Shown here in pieces: positions 47,670 through 59,986 of a stretch of 64,000 nt of DNA. The notes beneath the pieces are model-generated. The model made no database searches, was not told the DNA's origin, and saw only the letters and a list, made by a program, of their open reading frames with translations. The DNA comes from Pseudovirgaria hyperparasitica (Eukaryota), in assembly GCA_010093815.1 (NCBI GenBank), contig ML996573.1; one strand, 5' to 3'. The position numbers and the translations under genes were made by a program. The number at the start of each line of letters is the position of its first letter. Position 1 is the first letter of the stretch.

Positions 47670-50605
47670 CGAGCAAGCTAGCAGAAAGCGACACTCGATT
47701 CATGTACTAATGGATACACTCGCTGACTTCGGGGGGAGACTTCGGACAGCGTAAGGAAACCTCCACCGGGCACCCTCCCGCAGGACTGTATGCTGTGCAT
47801 CGTCTTGTGGGGATCTGCTTGAAGAGGATTACAAGGTTCTCCTCAATAGCATGTTATATATTTAAGCGCATTCGGGCTGCTAGCCTGATCATTTCAGCGA
47901 GCAAGTTCATGTCCATTACAGCTGATAAGATACCTATACCCCTATCAAAAGCGACTTCTACACATCTGATCAATTTACTATGCTTGATTCATTTGGGCAG
48001 CAATTGGAGTAACTCACAACATAGTTCTTCTGCTGGACATGACCTATAAGCTACGTCATTACCTATTAGCCATAGGATGCAGCGATCCTACCGTACATAT
48101 CTCTCACCTGACCCTAGCCTGGAAGCCGGAACCCCTAGCTACGCCACTCTGCAACAATCAGAAGGTTAAATCATGGTCGAACCGCGCTTCCGTTCACAGA
48201 TACCGACGCAAGCTGCAACACACTACGTAAATCGCAGCTCGAGCGACAGCAAAGTCGAACATTTCATTGCTGTCCATTCAGGCAGACTGTAGTCAACAAT
48301 GTTGGTGTCTGTGCATCTCCAACTTCTACCTGATAATACAAGGCAAAAGGGAGACGGGCCGGGAGTGAGACATGCGCCCGAATATGGACATTACTCCGCA
48401 GAGCGGCTTTTGGAGGCGGATTTTGCCGCGGTCCGGTGTGTTGGGTGTTTTTGGTGCTACTGAAAACCGACATGCTTTATATTCCCTCTCTTCAAACTGT
48501 TTTCAAGATTTAGCGGTGGCTTGCTTGACTCACACATCAGCATGAGCATGCATCAAACTTCTAATGATGAGATTATTCTATATTTGGGATGGGGCGAAGC
48601 CAAAGCAACTTCACTGGCATGGCTGGTGGAGCCTTCAACTTCATAAAGGCACCAGGTCCGGATCGTACCGAGCCATGGAACAGTAGAAAGAAGTGATATA
48701 AGACCTACCGTCGCCAGTCATACAGCGCGATCCCAAATATCGGGCGACGAATCCTTTACGTCCTGTAGACTGCTTGCCAAGGTTTGTAAGAGTGGACCCG
48801 CAACGGCACATCATAGTTCTCCCGCTTCCCTCCTAGAGCGCGTTGATGCTTCACGAGGTCGATCAGAAGTATAGCCGACATATTTGTTCTTCGGGGAAAG
48901 CACTGACCATAATCTCGTCTTCTCATTCTGCATCAGTATAACACCATGACTGGTGGCTAGAAATTTGAACGCCACACGCGTCCTATCAAGACGTGACCTG
49001 CAAGGTGGATATGGGTTCCAGAGGAGTCCTTGCCAGTTATCACATTGATGCCAACTAACGTTGTCAATGGCCCTGATATCGTCTTCATGAAACATCTCGT
49101 TCCCTTTGGCTGCGCACCAGTATGCGACAGGCATATGAGTAACTCAACCTGCAGAGGTTGGCAAGTTTGTTTTAGGAGACACAAGGGCGGGTCCTGTCAT
49201 GATGTATAAGACAGTCTAGATGGTCGACGATGTCGCCAATTCGAGAGTTTGTGTTGAATAGTGTCGGGGCTATGTTAATTCGAACGCTCATAGTTTTCTA
49301 CCAGTATCCCGCGTAGGGATAGAGATTCGTGATTTTGAAAGCCATAGAGAGATCCAGTAGTATAGTGCTCAGGCTACTATATGTGCCGAGTATGTCTCCT
49401 ATCATCGTCCAGCTTTGAACGGGCTGGGGCTTGCTGTGAAACGCGGTTGACGACATCGAGGAAAGCTCAGCATCCAGTCGGCCATGTCTTTGAGACGATG
49501 TGTGCAAGCGAGGGTAAAAAGACACGCATAGACTGAGAGTCCTCGTTTACGGTAATTGGAATGCGAGGTTTGTACTTCCAGCTCCGAGGAAGTTGCTGAT
49601 TGCGACGATTGGATAGGTATCAGTGAGGAACCAAACGATAGAAAGCAAGAATAGAACAGAATTGACACGAAGTCGACCAACAGCCTAAAGGATTTAGAGT
49701 GAACAAGAGTGCTTCTAATCTGTCAGGTAGGATCGATTGAGGAGCCATATGTGGCAAGGCTTACTGCGTGGCGTCGGTGATGCATTCCAGAAAGGGGGGG
49801 TCCCCAAAGGGGGGGGGGTCGGCGGGCTGCAAGGCCGCCACAACAAGCTGTGTAGTGTCCGCCCCACAGGACAGAAGACCGGACGCATTCTGAAATTAGT
49901 CAAGTCAGCACTGCAAAAATTGTATGTGCTCTTTTATGTCAGCAACATAATCTGGGTCGCTTCACAGTGAGCTCTATCATTGGCTCAGTCACTTGATTAT
50001 ATAAACTGCTCCCATGCAGACATCAGGTGCAGGTCACCGCTTTTCTGCAGGCGAGCTGTAACGGCATGTGCCCATGGTTGTTACAATCTATGCTTGAGAC
50101 CTTGAAAGGATTGCCCTAGGAGTGATGTGTGAGCTGTTCATTGGTTTCTGCTAGGAATTTTCTGGCTAATGTGCCATTTACCAGATGTTACTACCATCGC
50201 ATGACATGTAATATGAATGGTCTGTCCAACACACATGCTGAAAAGGATCTACAAGCTTTGGTCGTGGAAGCTTCTTGGTCGGCTACAATGATGCAAGATA
50301 TGGTAGGATGAAGTTGGATATTTCTCCGTGGAGCAGATTAATCTTCGACGGGGTAGTAGTAGTAGTGCATAAATCATGTCGTACACTGACGAGATGGCGG
50401 ACTTGTTATCCTATTTGTGTCAGGCATCCGCCTTACTTCACGCAGATAAGGGTCTCCATCCCAACACGTGCAGAAGCCGAGTGGTTATCCTTACGCACAT
50501 ACCATGGGCGGTCCGCGGTGCTGCGTGTGTCAGGGCTAATGGGTGCCCACTCCAGCTGTTAGAGGAGGACAAAGCCTCATCTAAAGAACTCTAGTGCGAC
50601 CTGCT

Positions 50606-51697
50606 TCAGTCCCAATCGCTATCTTCGTCGTCTTGATCTTTGCCAATCGTTCCATGTCTGATACTTGATCGTGGATAATCGTTTTGGGCAGATTCGGCGC
50701 CAGGACGATTTTGGAGTCGACTGTCCGATGGATTCACAGCGCCTATTTCGACCAGTAACCTTTCGAGATCTGATTTCAAGGATCATATTAGCGGGAGGAA
50801 GTTTGCAACGATCAAAGGAGAAGAACACAATTGCCCAAATGCTACCGTGCGACAACAATTGTTTCAGGTTCGGTATCATTATCTGATATAAGACACGCTG
50901 AGGACGATTCACGTATTGGGGGAAAATGAAACACAGGTGGTTTTAATTTCAGAGACTTACCTCCAGTGGAAGTCCTAGGCCCTTTCAAATCTTTCAACGT
51001 TACCAATTGCTTCTTAATATCGCCATCTTTGTATATGAGAATCGTGGGTGTGTTCCTCTCTGGGTACCCCTCAATGCAGAGGTCCCCTTGAATCTGACAG
51101 AATTTCACGTCTCCGAATCGACGTGCAAGATCTCGCCAAATTTCTATGAGTACTCTCGACTCCGTATTGGTTCCATGAGAGGATGTCAGCAGTACCAGAA
51201 CGTAGGCTTTGTTTGAGGCTTCGGTGACATCGCTTGAATAGTCCGGCTTCTGCAGCTGGTATACTTGGTTGAAGACAGATGCAGCTGTAATGGTAGCAAG
51301 CTCGGTCATTCTCTTCAGCCTGTTTCCGTCAATATCATCACAAGTAGCTCGCAGGCGGTCAGTTCGCCTATGTGTGCGCAAGAGATAGGAACATCCCGTA
51401 CCTATATGATTCAAGAAACTCCTCATCCTCTTCATCTTCGAGTGCTGCAAGCTCATCGAGGTCCTTACTTTCCAGCCGATTCTCATGTGCTAGTCTCCGA
51501 CCCTCTTGTAATGCCTCTTCTATCATCGGCGTTGGCGATGGTGGTTTTTCTGGTATGATCTTATGTTTCCTAAGGATGTCGTTCCTATGAAGCTTGATTA
51601 GTACCATACACTTCTTGAAAGAGCATATAGTATACCATTCCGTGTCGGCATTCGGATCATCGACAGGAACCTGGACGGGCATGTCTGGAATGTTCAT
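50606..51697 (-). CDS. PLP2: Phosducin-like protein 2 (PhLP2/VIAF-like CCT co-chaperone); 4 exons (introns 51585-51635, 51320-51401, 50770-50960)
   Basis: DPNADTEW|NDILRKHKIIPEKP; thioredoxin-like FGDVKFCQI...CIEGYPERNTPTILIYKDG; last exon DLERLLVEIGAV...DDEDSDWD-stop. Confidence 0.93.
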
Positions 51698-52384
51698 TCT
51701 GAACAGAATTCAATGACTGCCGCGGGGCAGTCTCCGTGGTCGGACTTTAGATCAGAACAACGCGATCATTCGTAGTCTCAGTTTGACCTTCTTGATCCAA
51801 GAAATTTGTATCGACCGTTTATTCCGATACGCAGATAGAGAATGGTGGAAGTGAGGAGTGTCAGAGCTCGGAGCACACGGAAATCAGTGACGTTTTGCGG
51901 GTATTTGGGCAGAACCTTTTGCGCAGGCAGCAAGATCTGGTACCGAAACTGATTGAGACGAGCCTGACACCCAATTAGTAGAAAGTAAGGTGCAATCTCT
52001 CGCTTCTTGAAATTCTGGTCGTCCTGCCCACCATTGTTAGAGGCATCCATCGACCTTCACAGCTAGCTGACCTATCTTAGAGTGGGAGTGGGCGGGACGC
52101 CAAGGATCACCGCCGTCTGAATTTCGACATCCCTCTAACCTAGGGTCCAGCCCAGCGACGACCGCTTTCACGACTTCGAACTGACCGCTCCGCCGCGCCA
52201 GTTGATCTTGACCTTCTAACACTCCATCCGAAAGACTCAACCCAGCGGGCTCGCAGCTCCATTGAAGTTCTTGGAACACTATCGGGAGTCTCCCCCGTAA
52301 ACGCAACGTTGCAACACTCGGCACTGCGACGTGCCCACTCCCGCCTAATATCTTACTACCGAAGTACATCATACACAGAGCATA

Positions 52385-55300
52385 ATGAGCTACAACAAGA
52401 AAGATGAGGATGCAGACGGAGCGATAGTTAAAGTCGATCGTACATCGGTCTTCCAAGAAGGTCAATCACATCGCGGTCTGTGAGTCTAGCTAGCTGACCA
52501 CATACAATAGCTCGAGTATTCAATACGTCGCCCATATCACCGCGAAAATGCCGTATCCTACTTACCAAAATATCACTTCTTCTGTTCACCGGTGAAAAGT
52601 TTCCTACCAATGAGGCCACATCTCTCTTCTTCGGCATTTCGAAGTTATTTCAGAACAAAGATGCAAGCTTACGGCAGATGGTCTACCTGGTCATAAAGGA
52701 GTTGGCACATACAGCTGAAGATGTTATCATGGTCACTAGTAGTATCATGAAAGATACGGCAGTAGGAAGTGACGTCGTTTACAGAGCTAATGCCATTAGG
52801 GCATTGTGTCGCGTTATCGACGTAAGCACTACAATACAATTTGTTAGATGAAACAATCTACTAACATTGAATAGGCATCTACAGTACAAGCTATCGAGCG
52901 TTTGATCAAGACAGCGATTGTCGACAAGACACCTTCAGTATCTTCAGCAGCCCTAGTCTCCTCATACCACCTCCTGCCAGTTGCCCGCGATGTCGTGCGA
53001 AGATGGCAGAGCGAAACGCAAGAAGCAGCTTCAGCGTCCAAGTCGTCAAGTGGTTTCTCGCTAGGGTTCGGATCTAGTAACCAGCATTCCCTTGCTGCAT
53101 CTAACACAAATTTCATGACACAATACCACGCCATTGGCCTGTTATACCAAATGCGCTCACACGATCGTATGGCGCTTGTCAAGATGGTCCAACAGTATAG
53201 CACTGCGGGGGTGGTAAAGAGCCCTGCTGCTACGATGCTGTTGGTGAGGCTAGCAGCCAAATTGGCAGAAGAAGATCCTGGCTTGCGAAAACCCATGATG
53301 CAGCTGCTAGATGGCTGGCTACGCCATAAAAGCGAGATGGTCAACTTCGAGGCAGCCAAGGCCATCTGCGATATGCGCGACGTTACGGACGCGGAAATTG
53401 TGCAAGCTGTTCACGTCCTGCAACTATTCTTAACATCACCTCGAGCTGTCACCAAGTTTGCCGCTATCCGTATCCTGCATAACTTCGCTTCGTTCAAACC
53501 AGATGCTGTGCGATCATGTAACCCTGATATCGAAGCCTTGATCACGAACAGCAATCGCTCGATTGCAACTTTTGCGATTACAACACTCCTCAAGACCGGC
53601 AATGAAACTAGTGTCGACCGATTAATGAAGCAGATTTCTGGATTCATGGCCGAAATCACGGACGAGTTCAAGGTCACTATCGTGGAGGCCATCAGGACAC
53701 TTTGTCTCAAATTTCCCAGCAAGCAAGCTGGTATGCTTGCATTCCTCAGTGGGATATTGAGAGATGAGGGAGGTTATGATTTCAAACGCGCAGTCGTAGA
53801 GAGCATGTTTGACTTGATCAAATTTGTACCGGAGAGTAAAGAAGACGGTAAGTTGACGTTGGTCTCATTTGTTCGGAAGCAGGCTGAACACAGTGTACAG
53901 CGTTGGCCCATCTCTGTGAATTCATAGAGGACTGCGAGTTCACCAAGCTTGCCGTCCGAATACTCCACCTACTTGGTATGGAAGGTCCGAGAACGCCACA
54001 CCCGACGAAGTACATACGGTATATCTACAATCGAGTTGTTCTGGAAAACGCGATCGTCCGTGCTGCCGCCGTCACTGCACTTGCTAAGTTCGGTGTCGGC
54101 CAAAAAGATCCCGAGGTTAAGAGTAGCGTTCATGTTCTCCTTACTCGCTGTCTTGATGACACAGATGACGAGGTTCGTGATCGTGCTGCTTTAAACCTTC
54201 GTCTCATGGATCAGAAGGATGACGCTCTTGCTGAATCTTTTGTCCGCAATGGTGAGCTCAGTACTGATGTCTTGCGCACGAACCTACTAACAATAGTACA
54301 CAGACTCCATGTTCTCTCTACCAACCTTGGAGCATCAGCTGGTCATGTATGTGACTGCGGAGGGCAAGGATAACTTCGAAAATCCGTTCGATCTCTCGAA
54401 AGTTCCTGTTGTTACTCGCGAACAAGCAGACGCGGAAGACCGAACGAAGAAGCTCACTACAGCAACACCAACTATCAAAGCCCCAAGCTCCGGTCCCAAG
54501 CCAATCTCGAAGTCAGGTGCAGAAGGCGCTGCAGCTGCATCTGCCGCCGCCCAAAAGTATGCGCAACAACTTCAACAGATCCCGGAGCTTGCGGCATATG
54601 GCGGTGTGCTCAAGTCTTCTTTGCCTGTGGAGTTGACCGAGTCAGAGACCGAATACGTTGTAACGGCGATCAAGCACATCTTCAAGGACTACCTTGTACT
54701 GCAATTCGACATAAGGAACACACTTCCCGAGACCGTCCTTACCGACGTCACCGTCATCTCGACGCCCTCAGAAGAAGACGGAGACGTTTCTTTGGCCGAG
54801 GAATTTGTTATTCCGGCTCTCAAACTTGCCACTGATGAACCCGGAACCGTCTACGTTTCTTTCAAGCGTCTTGAGGGAGAGTCACCATTTTTAGCAGCTA
54901 GCTTTACCAACGTACTCAAGTTTACAAGCAAAGAAATTGATCCTACTACGAACGAGCCTGAAGAGACCGGTTACGATGATGAATATCAGGTGGAGGACTT
55001 GGACCTTAGCGGCGCGGACTATATTGTACCTGCGTATGCTGGAAGCTTCGAGAATATCTGGGACTCTATTGGTGTCAGCGATACTGCGACAGAGACTCTT
55101 CAATTGAGCAACATCAAGAGCTTAGCCGGTAAGTCTTTCTCAATCCTAGAGTGTTTATACATACTGAAGTGTATTCCACAGATGCTGCCGAACAACTTCC
55201 GAAGTCTCTGTCCCTCCAACCGTTGGACGGCACAGATATCGCACTCAACACATCTACACATACACTCAAACTATACGGTAAGACGATCTTGGGCGGTAAG

Positions 55301-55414
55301 GTTGCAGCAACGGTCAGGATGGCATTCTCGGCTAAGACTGGTGTTACCATGAAGATCGACGTGCGAGCAGAAGAAGAGGGCGTTGCGGCTTTGGTTGTTG
55401 CCAGTGTTGCTTAG
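52385..55414 (+). CDS. SEC21: Coatomer subunit gamma (COPI gamma-COP); 6 exons
   Basis: MSYNKKDED...[71 protein letters not shown] appendage domain. Confidence 0.97.
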
Positions 55415-56324
55415 TCGAAAGTCAGAAAAATGGCATACCCTTGAATCGAGGCACAGTAGTTCAGAGTAGACAATGACACACTCGTGTATACACATCCGGT
55501 GTACAGATATGTTCAAATTCCTCATCACTCTGACTGGGTTTGGAGTTTCCAGCATAAAGGCGATATCTAGAACACCTCGACCGGCCTTCTTTAACGACGC
55601 CTCATGCTTGTTAAATCGATACGGAAAGGTCGATTCATCGCAAGGTGAAACAATCTTTGTATTTGAACAAGACTAGTTCTTTATCGCACAAGCAATATCG
55701 AGATCCCGAAGACATTCCTGCTAGATTACGGCAGATTTGCTCCAGTCGGATGAGTTCATCATTACAGTGTCGAGAGGGAACACTGGAAATATGAGACATG
55801 ACTTTATTGTTAGGCTGAATGGCTGGAGATGGCAGCTACCGCCATAGAGACATCATCCTGACATGGGTCGCAATGGAACGTCGCAGACTGGCAATACTAT
55901 GCCCTATCTATGATCAGGATAGAGCAACGTTGCCAACTGCTGCATAGGTACTCACACTCGAAGCACATCAGCCCATCAACCAAGATGATTCCAGACAGCT
56001 TCCAATGGCTTGATGAGCACTTCGAGTAGTATTGCAATATTGTTATTCATTAGTCTCTTCGCACTATGTATCCAGAGTTAAAAACCTTAAGAAGCTAGAC
56101 AAACCCAGAAGCAGACAATGAAACCGTGAAATAAAAATGAATAGCTCATATCGTCTGAGGACCTGCCTGATAGGAAGGTAATGTAGTTTGAGAACGATAT
56201 AAGACATGTAAGTCAAAACGTATTCACCCGACTAGTCTGTCCGACCCCTATACAGAAGAAGTATTCACTTTCACCCCACCTAATCCGGCCTAGCGTCAGT
56301 GTAGAGAGCAAAAGCAAAACTGCA

Positions 56325-56437
56325 GGGCCCGGGGGAGTTGAACCCGGGATCTCGTGCAGAAACCGTTCCGCTTGGGATTAGCGTGGTTTTTTGGGTGAGA
56401 TTTGGTGCGCGTTGGAGGCAGTTAAGCCATCAGTGCC
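56325..56437 (-). pseudogene. Degenerate tRNA-like element (3' half resembles an intron-containing tRNA-Pro)
   Basis: Minus strand ...TGCACGAGATCCCGGGTTCAACTCCCCCGGGCCC with B-box GGTTCAACTCC. A-box-like TGGCTTAACTG at 56419-56429; T-runs just downstream. Acceptor, D and anticodon stems do not pair properly. Confidence 0.55.
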
Positions 56438-57093
56438 GCTGACTGAAAGTACAAGACTTTTACAATATTATAAAGGGTGAATATGTGGTTGATGGTTCAC
56501 TCTCCATTCCCAAACGACCACTCTCTTTACATTTTAGATCGAGTGAACGTCTCATTTCACGAAAATTGCTTCTCTACGAACTGGTTCAAACACTACGGCC
56601 TTCAAGCTCCAGTTTCTGGTAACAAACATGATCATCGATCAAGCAGGACAAGGGCTATGCTCGTAACATAATAGTGCTTTAGACCTTGAGGGTAGCTGAT
56701 TATAAAAGGTCACAGGTGCGCATACGCAGTACAGCGGATTAGAGACACCTAAACGTGCAGATAATTTTAATTTCATGACTAAAGGAACATATTGCTCTTT
56801 TTAGCCTCATCAATCATTCTCGATGACAGTACGCGTAAGAATAGGATGACCTTGCCATGCTGATGGTTTGTCTTACTCTGGCATTGTTCGAGGCGTTGGA
56901 TAATAGCAGTCCCAAGCCTCAGGCTGGTATTCACTTCATCTTAACAGTGTCGAATATGATAACACCCACCTTCCCAACCTAACTCAACGATGACGTAGGC
57001 AAATTTGCCACTTTGAAGTTTCTATTTCTCCTGTACTATGCACACCTAACTTTCACGTTACAGCCGACTCCTCTCCCTATACCACACCCTGCA

Positions 57094-57555
57094 ATGTCAT
57101 CGACCGACGATACCCCTGAAATAGTCAATGATCCTATTTACAATAGTTCAATCGACTTGAACAGACTCCCTGAATTCATAACTTCTTCCGACCAAATCGA
57201 GACTCGAACACTGAACCGACCTGGAGGCTAGGGGACCTTCGAACTCACCAACCTTAGACCGCCAATAACTCATGAGCTCCCGGTCGAACTCTTGTGTGCG
57301 AACAATCATAACATCTCGCGCAGCGGATGTGCTCAATACAACACTACCATGATCAATGGAAGTGTATACACAGTTTGTCAACCATGTTAGATCTTGGCAG
57401 AAAACGAGCTCTTTGTTAATGCAACTCAAACGATTTTTGCCTTCGTGACACTTGTCTACCGACTGATCTCAAGTGTAGTCAAAGTGATACTGTCGGTATT
57501 TATAACAGTCATTTTGATCCTCGTTCCTCTTTCAGCTCGCTTTAGTTGTCACTAG
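57094..57555 (+). pseudogene. Possible pseudogene: about 154-codon frame with two internal TAG stops and a hydrophobic C-terminus
   Basis: MSSTDDTPEIV...PGG*GTFEL...CQPC*ILAENE...VVKVILSVFITVILILVPLS; stops at 57229 and 57388. Confidence 0.4.
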
Positions 57556-58115
57556 GTGTGATAGTGTCTGGGTTGAAGGGGGATTGGCCTTGACAGGTGC
57601 GAGGATATGGCGCATGGCATTAACTACAGACCAATGGGCCGAGATAGCAAGGAGAAGTCAAGCTTACCGAATTTATCTTTGGCGTCTGACATTGTGTTAC
57701 TCAACAGAGTTTGAGTAGATTTCTTGCTTTGCGCAAACACCCAAGAGACTTTTCAAGCTGGCATGCGTCGAAGTTTGTTCGTATAAGAAACACTACCACT
57801 CGTCGCAAGCTCTCACTACCATACCAGGATAAACATACAATTTGGTCTCTAGACTTGTCGGAATACGACAAATCGTACCTTTACTCTATTTATATTCGCA
57901 TTAAACTAGCGTGAGAATGGTACTCACTGACACTGACAGCGGCTCTTGAGCTCACACAGAATCCTATAGGGTACATTTTGGAAAGCTTCAATACTAATGA
58001 GCTCTGAAATATAGATCTTCTAGTACATGGATACCGTGATACATAGATCCCCTAATATATAGACCCTTATATACTCTGTACGGTCCCGCCAACACACAAG
58101 TCTCTTTTCGCTCTT

Positions 58116-58799
58116 TCAAACAAATTTGACCTTCCCAGAGGATGAGAGCACATAAGTGTCGCTTGCCCCACGTGACCGACTCCAAGTGCCGAACTCCTGT
58201 TTTGGAAATGTCTTCTCCCCAACCACAGTCCGAAAGAAATTCATACGCCACTTGGTACCTTTGCCTTCTCCATCTTTTACCTCCAAAAGAGGAAGCGGGA
58301 TTTTCACATCCGACACCCATGTTTTCTCCTGTTGATTCAACGTTGTCGTCGAGATGAGTCCGTCCCTCTGGGCCCCGGTAATGTAAGTCGTAGTATGTTT
58401 CTCGACGTCGTGTTCATCAGCAACATTGAAGGCCTGGGACGTTACGTTGTTCGGCGCAACCTCAAATTTTCGGTATCTTCTGATGTCATAGTGCTCGTTG
58501 CGGATGAGAGCCCCCATAACTTCATATCTGTTGATAGGATCGTTGGTACCATATGATGAATTGAAAAAGTAGTTTGTTTCATTGTGTGCGGTAAATTTGA
58601 GATTTACGGATGAAGCATCGTAGCATAGGTCGACTTTAGTGAGTGGAAATGCGGCTTCAGACCCAACGCTTGTCTTGTATTCCAGTTTACATGTGTCGGG
58701 GCATGCTGGTACCTTGACAGATGGGTATTTGAACCTGAGCATGAAATAGCCCGAGATCGCTAGACTGCCGAGCCAGAGGAAAAGCATTTGGAAAAACAT
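58116..58799 (-). CDS. Secreted or membrane-anchored CBM9-like (carbohydrate-binding family 9-like) protein
   Basis: Hydrophobic N-terminus; VPACP, FPLTKVDLCY, YEVM, FEVAPNNVT, WRMNFFRTV, G.VKFV pattern as I recall it for the fungal CBM9-like family. Confidence 0.75.
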   Translation of the reverse strand: MFFQMLFLWLGSLAISGYFMLRFKYPSVKVPACPDTCKLEYKTSVGSEAAFPLTKVDLCYDASSVNLKFTAHNETNYFFNSSYGTNDPINRYEVMGALIRNEHYDIRRYRKFEVAPNNVTSQAFNVADEHDVEKHTTTYITGAQRDGLISTTTLNQQEKTWVSDVKIPLPLLEVKDGEGKGTKWRMNFFRTVVGEKTFPKQEFGTWSRSRGASDTYVLSSSGKVKFV

Positions 58800-59986
58800 T
58801 TTGGCTACCTGACTGACGACGCTCGATCAGAGATACAAATGTTATGATTACCTGGTGACAGATGTCAGAAGACAATGAATGAGAGGGACGCGAGAGTCCT
58901 TTTAGATCTCATCTGGCCCTTGTAAGTTGCGCATGCAAATCTGCAAGTATACAACGGTGATCAACATAGTACTCCTCACTTAGTGTCGCGCAATCTGAGC
59001 TGTCCCGCAAGGATGGCTCGCATGTGTGACACAGTAACATTATGTGTGTCGATATAGTTGACCCATGCTCCTAAAATAATCAATGCAACATCGTAGGTCT
59101 TGTCTCTCACCGAAGACATCGTTCTATCGAGATAATCCAAGTTTACATTTCATTGCGGAGGAAACAAGACTAGCAACTTATTTCCCATACGAAAGGTCAA
59201 CGTAATTGCGGCAATAACTTCGCCTGCAGAGTTTGCAATGGAGCGCATTCTTTTGTAAATTTATGGAAACTGACTCACTAGGTCGTCATATCTAGTTTGT
59301 GTGCTTGCGCCAAATTCCGGATGTCATCATCGAGCGATATTCATCCAAGTCCGAGGAGCCTCTTAAGGTCCGAGCTTCAATCAAGGTCGCTCTAGGAACA
59401 TCCTACCAATATCGTGCACAGTTCAGTCTCTAAATAGCTCACATACCAATCATATATTATTGTGCGCCACAGTCCAGCATGATGAAAATTCCAAATCGCC
59501 AGGACCGACACTAATGCGAGAGACCCGACAGGCCATGCTCCATTATTCGTTACACAACCCGATGTTGTGACTATTCAAATCCAGGCCATTTTGAAACACT
59601 ATCAGAAATGTGCCTAACGCAGTTCACCAACCACTGAGTTCGGCTTCCTTCGAACGGTGAAGCAGCTGTACGGAGAGGTATACTGGGCGTATATGCGCCA
59701 GATTGTACACACCTAGCAGCCATCGAAATCGGATTCTGGCCGCTGGTGGTCAGCCCGTCGCCAGCCAGCTGGAAGCACGGCGCTCGTTGCCAATGTACCA
59801 TCTACATAGTCAAGGTGATTAATATGGAAGATTCTGAGGTTGATAGAACGACAGATTTAGATATGGCAACAAGGGAGAAGAGAGTATTACATCTAGGGTG
59901 GTACGAGGTGGCAAAGGAATCTTAAGCAAATAACCCTTGATGTCCAAGTCGATTCTGCACCACAATTCCATTGAACAGTATGGCCG

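Noticed and set aside
48811..49680. Cluster of short minus-strand ORFs with a possible splice acceptor
   Set aside because: I could not assemble a consistent spliced frame or recognise any domain.
57229..57390. Reassigned TAG codon (alternative genetic code)
   Set aside because: Conserved genes in the window (SEC21, SLU7) end in TAG, so it is a normal stop.
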